Under the pieces are notes generated by a model. The model ran no database searches and was not told where the DNA came from. It saw only the letters and a program-made list of their open reading frames with translations. Below are positions 47,478 to 56,717 of a DNA stretch of 64,000 bases, in pieces. A program made the position numbers and the translations under genes. The DNA is taken from assembly GCA_001784435.1 (NCBI GenBank), contig MFQZ01000001.1:16032-80031 (forward strand), read 5' to 3'. Source of the DNA: Candidatus Magasanikbacteria bacterium RIFOXYC2_FULL_42_28 (lineage in GTDB: Bacteria > Patescibacteriota > Patescibacteriia > Magasanikbacterales > GWA2-37-8). Numbering within the stretch: position 1 is the stretch's first letter; each line of letters opens with the position of its first letter.

Positions 47478-47503
47478 ATGATTTAAATATATATTTAAAT
47501 CAT
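47478..47503. promoter_or_regulatory. Perfect 26-nt palindrome ATGATTTAAATATATATTTAAATCAT
   Basis: Core ATTTAAATATATATTTAAAT identical to sites at 16525-16544 and 54624-54643; lies between two island genes upstream of the Cys-rich gene. Confidence 0.45.
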
Positions 47504-47506
47504 GAT

Positions 47507-47983
47507 TTAATTTTTGCCTTCAAAATCAATTAATATCTGTAAATAACGCTTTTGTAGTTCAATATTGGCATACTCTGCTGGAAACATTGAAATTTTACCA
47601 CCGTTGTTAATAATATCGTCAATGCCGTCAAAATAAAACCCGTCCAATGTGGCAATAAACAAATAAGACGGATTCCACGATTTACTCATTCGCACGGCGT
47701 CTTCTAAAACATATTTTAAATTTAAATTACGCATATATTTTACCTCAACCAGCTGAACTTTTTTTGTTTTCTGATTGATAACTGCGAAATCTGGTGCTGT
47801 TCGTAGCGTCTCAATAATGTCGTTATTTTTCTTATCGTGTCCTTGTTGGACTAATTCAGGAATTATTTTTTCATAACCAAATTCCAAAACCGTAAAATCT
47901 TTGGTTTCGCGCAACATTTGCGCGAAGATTGTCTCGGCAATTTTACCTTTGACTAAATTTCTGGCAAAAGTTATGTTGCTCAT
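47507..47983 (-). CDS. Small putative PD-(D/E)XK-fold nuclease-like protein
   Basis: Pattern GKIAE...PDFAV...VQLVEVKY resembling the D...(E/Q)xK core of Hjc/Mrr-like nucleases; inference only. Confidence 0.3.
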   Translation of the reverse strand: MSNITFARNLVKGKIAETIFAQMLRETKDFTVLEFGYEKIIPELVQQGHDKKNNDIIETLRTAPDFAVINQKTKKVQLVEVKYMRNLNLKYVLEDAVRMSKSWNPSYLFIATLDGFYFDGIDDIINNGGKISMFPAEYANIELQKRYLQILIDFEGKN

Positions 47984-47986
47984 AAG

Positions 47987-50900
47987 TTATTCAATTACTT
48001 TTTTTAATTCCCAAAAACGATTGCTGCCTTTTACTAACAACTCATTAATTAAATTAACAACACCGTCTTTAGTTTGTGAATTTTTATACAATGTTTTTAA
48101 TGCCGTTGTGATACTATCGCCATAAAGAGAATAAGCAAAATAACCAGGCCCAGCGACCACTTGTTGCATCAAATAAAGCTCCAAAATTATTAAAGTGTCT
48201 TCCGGCGCGGCATTGGCAAAATCCGGCAATCTATTGATGACGCCATGTTCCCATTCAATGTCGCCGTTACTTTTTTCCAACGATTGTTTAAAGTGCAAAA
48301 CCAACCATTTTAAATCTGTAAACAATCTTTGTTTTTCTCCAACCCAAAAACCAAAATAAGCAAAAATTTCATTTTCGCCGTCAATGGGGTTTGCCAAAAT
48401 CCAATCCCACAGGTTACTTAATTTCCCCCTAATAACATCCGCGTTAATTTTATTAACCAACATAAATTCAGCCGGATCATCACGGGATATGAAATGTCGC
48501 CCAATATACGATACGAACTCGCCGTGGCGTTTTTGTCCGGCTGTGTCCCAAAACAATTTAAATATTGGTGAATTAAAATCAAAATTACCATAATGAACAT
48601 AAGCCAAAGCCAAATGAATAGCCAGCCCTTCATCTAATTCTTTGGAATAATGACGCTTGGTATATTCGTTACTTGGCATTTCAATCAAGCGTTTATAAAT
48701 ATTACTCAAATCATCAAATAATTCTTCATACAAATCAGCAGTTAAATAACCCTCAACCGCGGCCAAAAATAAATCCTTTTTTGCTAGCGCAGACGAAAAT
48801 ATTTTGGGAATCATCTTTTTCATCCATTCTTTATCACGATAATAAAAAGTCGGAAGATAACGACCAAATAAAAACATTACCGCGCGAGTATTTTCTATTT
48901 CTAAAATTTGCTCATAAATCTTTTTAACATCTTCGCTAATCTTGGCTATATCTTCTTTGGTAAAATTATTTTTCCCGTCCAAATACACAAATAATGCCAA
49001 CGATTCAAACGCGCGGCCACGGACAGAATTAATAGCGTGAGTGAACGGATCACTGCCGTTTTCAACATTCTCACTTTCTGGATCAGGGTCAGAATGGCGG
49101 AGTAAATATGAAATTATAGCAAGGATCCGTTTCCTATTCTTTTTGAAATCAATCAATTGACCGCTATGTTTACCTGATAAGATAATTTTTAATAACTCGG
49201 AAATTTCACCATGCACGCCCGCCCAATCGACCAACCATGTGCTACCAAGCTCTGCCCTGCCTTTACGCACGCTTAAAAATTGTGTTAGCGCAGAAGAACT
49301 TTTGATAACATCAAACAAATCTAATAGTTTTTCCAAATCGAGGCCGCCACTATACTCGTCTTGACGAATAACTGCTTCAATGCCGTGTAAAAATGAATAG
49401 GTATAATGCTGATCTAAAATATCTCTCTGAAAAAATAAATTAGCATTATCAAGATATGCCCCCGGTCTTTTGGCAATATCCTGCACGAGCATATTGCCCA
49501 TACCGTCGGCACTTAGTGGATTTAAAAAATTCCGTTCTCCATCTTTTTTATATAAACTCTCCGGCGACCATTCCGATAATAATTTATCCACCATCGTTGA
49601 TATTTCCATTTTATTCAACTCCGGCAAATCTATCGGAGCACGCGGTCTGACCATTCCGCCAGTAACAGGTCCGTATCCTGCAATAGGTTCAAATTTTTGA
49701 TCTAATTCTTTGTCAAAAATTTGTTTCGCCATATTTTTTTTCACATCTGTCAAATTATCAAATATACTAGACAGGATTTCCCAGCCATCACTTTTATACA
49801 TTGTTTCATCTTTTTTATCTGTCCGCTCTTTACCGAAATAATTAAAAACCTGCTTAACGTATTCTTCTTTGTCTGTTTTGTCTAAATCAAAAAAGCATTT
49901 ATTTAAGGCATGACAATATTCTGGACTATACAACTCATAATATTTTTCTTCATCAGCGAATATATCAAAAAAAGCTTTTTTCAATTCATCTTTAAACACT
50001 TCCGGACACAAGCTCCATATAAAAAGACGGAAACGATAAAACGATTGAGTATTTGGCAAATTTTTTATATACAAACCATGCAATCTTTGGGCATCGTCGC
50101 ATTTTCCATTGAATAAGGACTTCGCTAATTTGGTAATTGTCGCTGCTAAATCGTGTACATTATCACGCAATGAAAGATGGGCTTTGATATTTAAATCAAG
50201 CACAAAAAAATCAACATCAAACAGATAATAATTTTCTTTGGCATCAAAATATTTACTATCTGATCTGCCGGAAGAAACTGCAATATCTTTTAAAATATTC
50301 AAAAGTAATTTAAATGTCCGCTCTACATAATCGTCGTCTATCAAACTAAGATAATTAAATACTTTTGTATGCTCTAAATCGTTAATATAAAAAGGATTAT
50401 CAGAAAAATTATTGGTTTTATCTCGTTCGGCTTGGCTACGAATTGTTAGCACCGCCTCGGCCAATTCTAACAATCCGCTGTATTCTTTTGCTACAGACAA
50501 TTCTTTGAGTATTTCTTCATATTCAAATCCCCACCGACTAAACGGTGCCAACAGTTTCACCCATTCATTATTCTTTATCATTCCTGTTAATTTTACAATT
50601 TGCGCAGCTGGTAATTTGGAACAAATATGCAAAAAAATATCAACTACTTCCGGATTAAAATTTTTGACCGACATGCTGACAGTCAAAATTATATCCGCGA
50701 CTTTTTCTGGATTATTTTCTGCCATTCGCTCTAAATATCCTAACTCTGGTAAGGAATATGAATATCTAGTTGGATCTGCAGATTTTTGTTTTATAGCGTT
50801 TAAAAAACCGCCATTCCACAACCAGTCAAGCCAACGTTCGTCGGCTTTTGTAAAAAAATATCTATATGCGTCCGAATTAAAAGATAAAATTAAAAAAACT

Positions 50901-51532
50901 CTATCAGCATCAACAAAAAGCGGATCGCAGACAAGAATCCTATCAATTATATTATGAATTGAAATTTGTTGAGGCAGCAATACACACCAAACATTTGTCA
51001 AAATAACAACCAATTTTTTAAAATGAGTGTAGCCAAATTTTGACACATCATAAAGTTCAACTTGTAAATTGTTAATTTTCTTAATAAAATCACTATGTTT
51101 CGACGAATCTCTAAAGTGGTGCGCAATTTGTGTAAAAATAAAATATAAGTCATTCAGAGTAGTAGCAATCTCATCTATCTGCTCCTCGTTGCTATCGATT
51201 TTATTTTCGGCAATTATTTTTTTCAAAAAATCTTTTCTATGCATCTCTCGACTTTCTTTTGGCAGATTGATAATATCATTTTTATACTGATAGAGAATTT
51301 CTCTTAATGAGTGGGCAGCTTGTGATAGATAATCTGGGTTCTTGGAACGATTATTATCGTTTAGTAAAAAAATAGCACCTCTATACAAAATAGATGGTGC
51401 GATAGCAGGACAAAAAATACTGACCCTATTCAGTTTATCCAAATATGATACCAACCACTCGATTTTTTCTTTAGGAATAAAATCTCCACGATCAGAAATA
51501 GCGTCCTTTAATTCGCTGTTCATAATTACCAC
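47987..51532 (-). CDS. Large uncharacterised protein (1181 aa), no recognisable motifs
   Basis: Long uninterrupted ORF tightly packed (3-nt gap) with downstream nuclease-like gene and 63 nt after putative REase; no Walker A/helicase/DDE motifs seen. Confidence 0.5.
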   Translation of the reverse strand: MVIMNSELKDAISDRGDFIPKEKIEWLVSYLDKLNRVSIFCPAIAPSILYRGAIFLLNDNNRSKNPDYLSQAAHSLREILYQYKNDIINLPKESREMHRKDFLKKIIAENKIDSNEEQIDEIATTLNDLYFIFTQIAHHFRDSSKHSDFIKKINNLQVELYDVSKFGYTHFKKLVVILTNVWCVLLPQQISIHNIIDRILVCDPLFVDADRVFLILSFNSDAYRYFFTKADERWLDWLWNGGFLNAIKQKSADPTRYSYSLPELGYLERMAENNPEKVADIILTVSMSVKNFNPEVVDIFLHICSKLPAAQIVKLTGMIKNNEWVKLLAPFSRWGFEYEEILKELSVAKEYSGLLELAEAVLTIRSQAERDKTNNFSDNPFYINDLEHTKVFNYLSLIDDDYVERTFKLLLNILKDIAVSSGRSDSKYFDAKENYYLFDVDFFVLDLNIKAHLSLRDNVHDLAATITKLAKSLFNGKCDDAQRLHGLYIKNLPNTQSFYRFRLFIWSLCPEVFKDELKKAFFDIFADEEKYYELYSPEYCHALNKCFFDLDKTDKEEYVKQVFNYFGKERTDKKDETMYKSDGWEILSSIFDNLTDVKKNMAKQIFDKELDQKFEPIAGYGPVTGGMVRPRAPIDLPELNKMEISTMVDKLLSEWSPESLYKKDGERNFLNPLSADGMGNMLVQDIAKRPGAYLDNANLFFQRDILDQHYTYSFLHGIEAVIRQDEYSGGLDLEKLLDLFDVIKSSSALTQFLSVRKGRAELGSTWLVDWAGVHGEISELLKIILSGKHSGQLIDFKKNRKRILAIISYLLRHSDPDPESENVENGSDPFTHAINSVRGRAFESLALFVYLDGKNNFTKEDIAKISEDVKKIYEQILEIENTRAVMFLFGRYLPTFYYRDKEWMKKMIPKIFSSALAKKDLFLAAVEGYLTADLYEELFDDLSNIYKRLIEMPSNEYTKRHYSKELDEGLAIHLALAYVHYGNFDFNSPIFKLFWDTAGQKRHGEFVSYIGRHFISRDDPAEFMLVNKINADVIRGKLSNLWDWILANPIDGENEIFAYFGFWVGEKQRLFTDLKWLVLHFKQSLEKSNGDIEWEHGVINRLPDFANAAPEDTLIILELYLMQQVVAGPGYFAYSLYGDSITTALKTLYKNSQTKDGVVNLINELLVKGSNRFWELKKVIE

Positions 51533-51595
51533 GTTGTTTTATTTATTTTAGCCATTATTGTGTTCCAACATTTTTTGGTAACAATATCTATATTT

Positions 51596-52654
51596 TTACC
51601 AACTGCCAGCTGTCTTAAGTTTAAAATAGCCCCGCTCTTTAATAAAAGGCAATAGCTCAGAATTAGACGGGAACTCTAAATTAAATTCTCTCTCAACGTC
51701 TCTTAGTAAAAACTTACCGAGATTATTCCTGTATTTATCACTTAAACAAATTTTATACCACTGATCCAGATCGTTCATGGTAATAATGCCTTGAATTTTT
51801 TCGCCCCAGCCCACTTGGGATAATAAGTTTTCTATCGCGGTTTTTTCAGAATCAACACAAACTACCACTATCCTATCGGCGGCAATTCCAGTGGCCACAT
51901 CTTCTATAATTTCAGGTGTCAACGTCAAATGTTTTACCTGGACAGCCAAACCAAAATTAGCCCACATATCCAAACCCCTGTCAGCAGCATTGGCCACGCC
52001 AGCCCTATATAAAGCCGCCGGCAATGTTATTTTGGTATTTTTAGCATCAATTCCCAAAACCATTTTAATAAAAGGCTCAAAATCTTGAAGAAGCTGCTTA
52101 TTGTCATTTAAAATTTCCAAAGTTATTTGCGCGCGCAATGCCCTAACAATTGTAGAAAATAGGGCATAAACTAAAATCTCATAAATTTTATCCGTGCTTC
52201 TTTTTAATCCAGGATCTAAAACAAAAAAATTGACTAACTTTTTTAAATCAAAAGTTGAAGCCGTTGACTTGCTAACATATAAATTCACATCGTGCACAGA
52301 AGACAATCTGGTGTTAAGGGCGTTGTAAATATAGGCCTCCACCAATCCACTTTCCCGTTTATTAAAATTCCCTAAATCACGCAATAAACTTGGCGGTATT
52401 GCGTTAATCTCAAAAATGTTATCCTGAAATTTTTGGCTTGACGTGCAAACTCTGCCGACCAAACGACCAGAAACCTCATCTCGCCATTTTTTTGAAACAT
52501 TGCGATAAGATTCCAAATCAAGAAGAACCCAACGTCTTTTGTCCGTTCTATGGTGAAATAAAATTTCAGCAATTTGAATTGGTTTGTACAAATGAACGCG
52601 TGATTTGCGTATTATTGTATCAAGCGCATTTTTTGCGATATTAATTTTAGGCAT
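51596..52654 (-). CDS. Putative type II restriction endonuclease (context-based)
   Basis: 352-aa ORF overlapping the 3' end of the C5-methyltransferase gene by 8 nt, typical R-M operon arrangement; possible D...QVK catalytic core (DMWANFGLAVQVKH). Confidence 0.35.
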   Translation of the reverse strand: MPKINIAKNALDTIIRKSRVHLYKPIQIAEILFHHRTDKRRWVLLDLESYRNVSKKWRDEVSGRLVGRVCTSSQKFQDNIFEINAIPPSLLRDLGNFNKRESGLVEAYIYNALNTRLSSVHDVNLYVSKSTASTFDLKKLVNFFVLDPGLKRSTDKIYEILVYALFSTIVRALRAQITLEILNDNKQLLQDFEPFIKMVLGIDAKNTKITLPAALYRAGVANAADRGLDMWANFGLAVQVKHLTLTPEIIEDVATGIAADRIVVVCVDSEKTAIENLLSQVGWGEKIQGIITMNDLDQWYKICLSDKYRNNLGKFLLRDVEREFNLEFPSNSELLPFIKERGYFKLKTAGSW

Positions 52655-54422
52655 ACACTCTTTCTTTTTTTATAATTAATGAGTCAATTTTAGAAGATTC
52701 TCTTACTGGCATTTTTTTCATTGCTTCTACCATCGCGCGAGCAACCGCTTGAATTTTTGGAACGACAACGCTATTACCGGCCTGCTTCCGCGCTTGTGTA
52801 TCAGGAACAACAATACGAAAAGTATCTGGAAAACCTTGGAGACGCAACAGCTCTCTTGGTGTCAAACGTCTTTCCCCATTAACTGTCAGATAATTATAAG
52901 AACCGTTGGCTCTTAAGGCACACGAGTATGGGTGCATTCCGATATTACCACCCTTATTTTCATGCCAGACAGACGGCTTTGGTGCCGGCACTTTCCCCTG
53001 CTCTACCAACCTCTTCTGCAATTTTTGTTTAAAACTTTCACTCAAATAATGTTTTTTATCTATCTGACTTTTTGGTTCCAAAATATCAGATAGCGTTTTC
53101 GTCTCTGAAACACCCGTGGGAAACTCAAAAGGATAATTTTCCTTGAAACCAACTATGATTATACGCTCTCTTTTCTGCGGGACACCAAAGTCAAGACCGT
53201 TGAGAACATTAAAGTGAACAAAGTATCCCAAACTTTTCAAAGATTCTATAATTATTTTAAATGTGCGCCCATCATCATGCGAAGTTAATTGTTTAACATT
53301 CTCCAACAAAAAAGCTTTCGGCTGTTTGGCTTTTAATATTCTTTCAACATCAAAAAATAAAGTGCCGCGAGTATCAGCGAACCCTCGTTTTTTGCCAATT
53401 ATACTAAACGCTTGGCAGGGAAAACCGCCGGTGAGGATATCGTGATCAGGTATTTCGTCCGCAGAAATTTTTGTTATATCTCCGTGTGGTTTATCCCCAA
53501 AATTTGCTTCATACATAACTTGACACGGCTCATCAAATTCGGATGTAAATACACACTTGCCGCCATTGCGTTCAAAAGCAATTCTGACACCGCCGATGCC
53601 AGCGAATAAATCTATAAAACGAAATGAGTTATTGTCGGTTGAAAAATCATCATTCAAATTACTTTTATAAAAATATGCTCGTCTTGTGTCTGTAAGTAGA
53701 CTAAACAAAGAAACTTGCAAACCTTCCGCGACATACTCGGCATTAACAAATTCTGTATTATTTATTTCAGCTAATACGCTATGTGCGTGGTCTTTTGACA
53801 CTATAATAAAATCATCAACATTAACACCCATTAATTGTCCGGCCTCGGCAATTCTTTTAACTACCTGCTTGTCTTCATCACTTGGACTCACATCACCGGA
53901 AGGGTGATTATGAATAACAATCACGCTCGCGGCTCGAAGTTCTATCGCCAGTGCAAAAATTTCGCGAGGGTGAACAATATTTTTATCAAGCGTCCCAATA
54001 AAAATTGTTTCTTTCTTTATCAATGCTTTGCGCGCATTTAAATACAAACAAACAAGATGTTCTTGTTTTTTATCTTTCAAATCGGCGACTAATTTAACCG
54101 CATCTTTTGCAGATAGAACCAAATCATCGGGAGCATTTTGTCTGTCATTAAGTCTTTTTGCAAGTGCCACCATGGAAAGAATCTGTAAGGCCTTTGCCTG
54201 TCCGATTCCGTGAATCTTCATTAAATCTTCAACCGAGACATTTATCAAATTATCACCAAACTTTTTAAGAATTTTTTGCGCCAAAACTTTAACGTTAACA
54301 TTTTTGGTGCCGCTTCCAAGTTGAATAGCTAAAAGTTCACCATCGGTTAAGGCATCTGGTCCTTTTTCTAAAAATTTTTCTCTGGGGCGGTCAAATTTTG
54401 GTGTATCTTTTAATTTTGTCAT
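52647..54422 (-). CDS. Fusion protein: RadC-like JAB/MPN domain (N-term) + DNA (cytosine-5)-methyltransferase (C-term)
   Basis: RadC HhH + JAMM motif VIVIHNHPSGDVSPSDED; C5-MTase motifs I FIDLFAGIGG, IV GFPCQAFS, VI ENV, VIII QKRERIIIVG, X GNSVVVP; single uninterrupted 591-aa ORF. Confidence 0.8.
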   Translation of the reverse strand: MTKLKDTPKFDRPREKFLEKGPDALTDGELLAIQLGSGTKNVNVKVLAQKILKKFGDNLINVSVEDLMKIHGIGQAKALQILSMVALAKRLNDRQNAPDDLVLSAKDAVKLVADLKDKKQEHLVCLYLNARKALIKKETIFIGTLDKNIVHPREIFALAIELRAASVIVIHNHPSGDVSPSDEDKQVVKRIAEAGQLMGVNVDDFIIVSKDHAHSVLAEINNTEFVNAEYVAEGLQVSLFSLLTDTRRAYFYKSNLNDDFSTDNNSFRFIDLFAGIGGVRIAFERNGGKCVFTSEFDEPCQVMYEANFGDKPHGDITKISADEIPDHDILTGGFPCQAFSIIGKKRGFADTRGTLFFDVERILKAKQPKAFLLENVKQLTSHDDGRTFKIIIESLKSLGYFVHFNVLNGLDFGVPQKRERIIIVGFKENYPFEFPTGVSETKTLSDILEPKSQIDKKHYLSESFKQKLQKRLVEQGKVPAPKPSVWHENKGGNIGMHPYSCALRANGSYNYLTVNGERRLTPRELLRLQGFPDTFRIVVPDTQARKQAGNSVVVPKIQAVARAMVEAMKKMPVRESSKIDSLIIKKERVYA

Positions 54423-54623
54423 AATTTAAAAAACCTGCCAATGCTTATAAAAATCTACAATGCATATGCCGACCGTTTGTGGCCATTTAGTCGGTGAGTG
54501 TAATTTGGTACCCAGACGATAATATTCTACCACAATTCGCCAAACCAATCAACAACGAAGGGATGATTGCTTTTGACCAATTAGTTGCGTTAATTGAGAT
54601 AATAAACCGCAATAATTTATCCT

Positions 54624-54968
54624 AATTTAAATATATATTTAAATACTAATACGCCCCACACACCGCCCACCCAAACAAGCCCGCCCAATACACCCACCCG
54701 CCTCTGGCGGGGACAAGCAAAAAGTAATTTTCAATACAAACGGACAGGGGGGGCTGGTCGCGGACAATTTGCCACGACTTGGTCGGGGCAAACGGGTTCG
54801 CGGTTTCCGCTTTTTCTTTCAGAAAAAAACAAACTTGTTTGTTCGCCAGTCCGCTGGACTGGCAGGCGGAAACTCGATTGCTGGCCAATAATATTTTTTT
54901 CAAAAAAGGTTCGCACGTCGTTCAGTGACTGCGACAAAACAAAAAAGAAAGTGGGTGCTTTCTTTTTT
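54624..54968. repeat. Right copy of ~340-bp inverted repeat (IR-R); inner end is the 28-nt AT palindrome string, outer end hairpin aaaaaagaaagtgggtgctttctttttt
   Basis: Reverse complement aligns with 40029-40370; hairpin maintained by compensatory pairs (gccagtcc-agcg-ggactggc vs ccccgtcc-ggcg-ggacgggg). Confidence 0.85.
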
Positions 54969-54992
54969 GTTTGTTTTAAATTTTAATTTTAT

Positions 54993-56003
54993 CTACCCGC
55001 AAATCGTCTCAATCAGCTTAGCACAAACCTGATACGGATCCATATTGGCGGCCGGACGCCGATCTTCCAAATACCCCATCCCGCTATTGGCTGTGGCCAT
55101 TGGGATGCGAATAGACGCGCCCCGATCAGAAACGCCATAACGAAAATCCGTCATACTGGAAGTTTCGTGTTTGCCGGTTAGCCGTTCTTCGTTGTGAGCG
55201 CCGTAAACCGCGATGTGCTCGCTATGCTTTAATTTTAATTTCTCGCAAGCGGCTTTGACAACTTCAATTCCGCCCGGAGCACGCATCGCATTAGTAGAAA
55301 AATTAGTGTGCGCTCCCGCTCCGTTCCAATCCCCTTTTACCGGTTTGGGGTCAAGCGTGGCTGACACTTTAAAATCTTCGGCAACGCGATACAATAACCA
55401 CCGACAAAGCCACAGCTGGTCGGCGGCCGCGAGCGGTCCAAGTGGTCCCACTTGAAATTCCCACTGCCCGGGCATAACTTCGGAATTGATACCAGAAAGC
55501 GTGATACCGGCTTTTAAACACAGCTCCATGTGTTTCTCTACAATCGGCCGGCCAAACACTTCATCCGCGCCCACACCGCAATAATATCCGCCCTGCGGGG
55601 CCGGGAAACCATTGCTGGGCCAACCCAGAGGTTTGACGCCCTCAAAAAAAGTATATTCTTGTTCAATACCAAACCAACTGTCATGACTTTTAAATTCTTC
55701 GGCTACGCCACGCAAATGCGCGCGGGTATTGCTCACGTGCACTGAACCATCAGCATTTAACACTTCACATAATACCAAAATATTTTCCCCGCCGCGAATG
55801 GGATCAGGAATATAAGTAGCGGGCTTTAATTGGCAGTCACTAAAATGACCTTCGGCCTGATAGGTACTGGAACCATCAAATCCCCAATCCGGTAAATCAG
55901 CCAAAGAACGAACCGGCCCATCCACGATTTTCGTTTTTGAGCGTAATTTGGCGCTGGGCTTTTGCCCGTCCACCCAAATGTACTCGGCCATGATTTTGGA
56001 CAT
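54993..56003 (-). CDS. glnII: Glutamine synthetase type II (eukaryote-like GSII)
   Basis: 336 aa; MAEYIWVDG N-terminus and overall collinearity with GSII rather than dodecameric GSI. Confidence 0.75.
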   Translation of the reverse strand: MSKIMAEYIWVDGQKPSAKLRSKTKIVDGPVRSLADLPDWGFDGSSTYQAEGHFSDCQLKPATYIPDPIRGGENILVLCEVLNADGSVHVSNTRAHLRGVAEEFKSHDSWFGIEQEYTFFEGVKPLGWPSNGFPAPQGGYYCGVGADEVFGRPIVEKHMELCLKAGITLSGINSEVMPGQWEFQVGPLGPLAAADQLWLCRWLLYRVAEDFKVSATLDPKPVKGDWNGAGAHTNFSTNAMRAPGGIEVVKAACEKLKLKHSEHIAVYGAHNEERLTGKHETSSMTDFRYGVSDRGASIRIPMATANSGMGYLEDRRPAANMDPYQVCAKLIETICG

Positions 56004-56153
56004 ATTTTTTATATATTAAAAATTAATTTAAAAAGCGATTATGGAACAGTAGCATAGGTAGTGGCCTTTGCCAATAAAAGTTATCCACAGCCCAATATCT
56101 TGAATTAAAAAAAACAAAAAAGAGCATTAGCGGCTCTTTCTTCGCACAATATT

Positions 56154-56681
56154 TTATATTACCAACCGCATCGGCGACGGACGAGATGGCCTAGTTGTGG
56201 GCATAGGATTTCTTCCGCCAATACCGGATAGATTATTGGATTGCCGACCAAGCGGACTGGCGCTAACACGATGAGGGGGAGAAATAGTATCGGCTAACTG
56301 TGGTCGCGCCAAATGTAAGGCCGATGGTGTCTCTGCCGGTTTAACATCTGCCGACTTCTTGTAACGATCAACCACTTGCTTGGCCACTTTTAATTTATAA
56401 GCAGAAAAATTATGCGGGTCTTTCAGATGGTCGCTGGTTAATTTGTGCTTAATGGCCTTGGCTTGATAATCCGACAATCCACCCTGATATTTGACCGCTC
56501 TTTTAATTAGCGGGTTATCAAATTTATCGGTAATTTTACTAATAGAACCCTCGTCCAACACATTTAAAGTGCCACCCTGATGAGAAGCGTGCACCAATTT
56601 GGTATGCAAACTCATGTGCCCGCCGATATTGGTTCTGGCGCTAAAATTTTGTCCAATTTGGGGTAAATCTTTTAAACTCAT
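56154..56681 (-). CDS. Hypothetical protein with Pro/Ser-rich disordered C-terminus
   Basis: 175-aa ORF, no recognisable domain. Confidence 0.3.
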   Translation of the reverse strand: MSLKDLPQIGQNFSARTNIGGHMSLHTKLVHASHQGGTLNVLDEGSISKITDKFDNPLIKRAVKYQGGLSDYQAKAIKHKLTSDHLKDPHNFSAYKLKVAKQVVDRYKKSADVKPAETPSALHLARPQLADTISPPHRVSASPLGRQSNNLSGIGGRNPMPTTRPSRPSPMRLVI

Positions 56682-56717
56682 AAACTTTAACTATTTTATT
56701 TAATATATTATAACAAA

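Larger units (their letters stand above)
40029..54968. mobile_element. ~14.9 kb accessory genomic island next to tRNA-Pro(CGG), delimited by ~340-bp inverted repeats; all cargo on minus strand; no integrase/transposase recognised
   Basis: tRNA-adjacent position, IR boundaries, cargo of defense/host-interaction type genes (R-M with RadC fusion, HNH, lipase, SET, TCS). Confidence 0.6.

Noticed and set aside
40029-54968. Prophage interpretation of the island
   Set aside because: No capsid, terminase, portal, tail or integrase genes recognisable. The cargo is defense, signalling and secreted-enzyme genes, so a phage origin is not supported.
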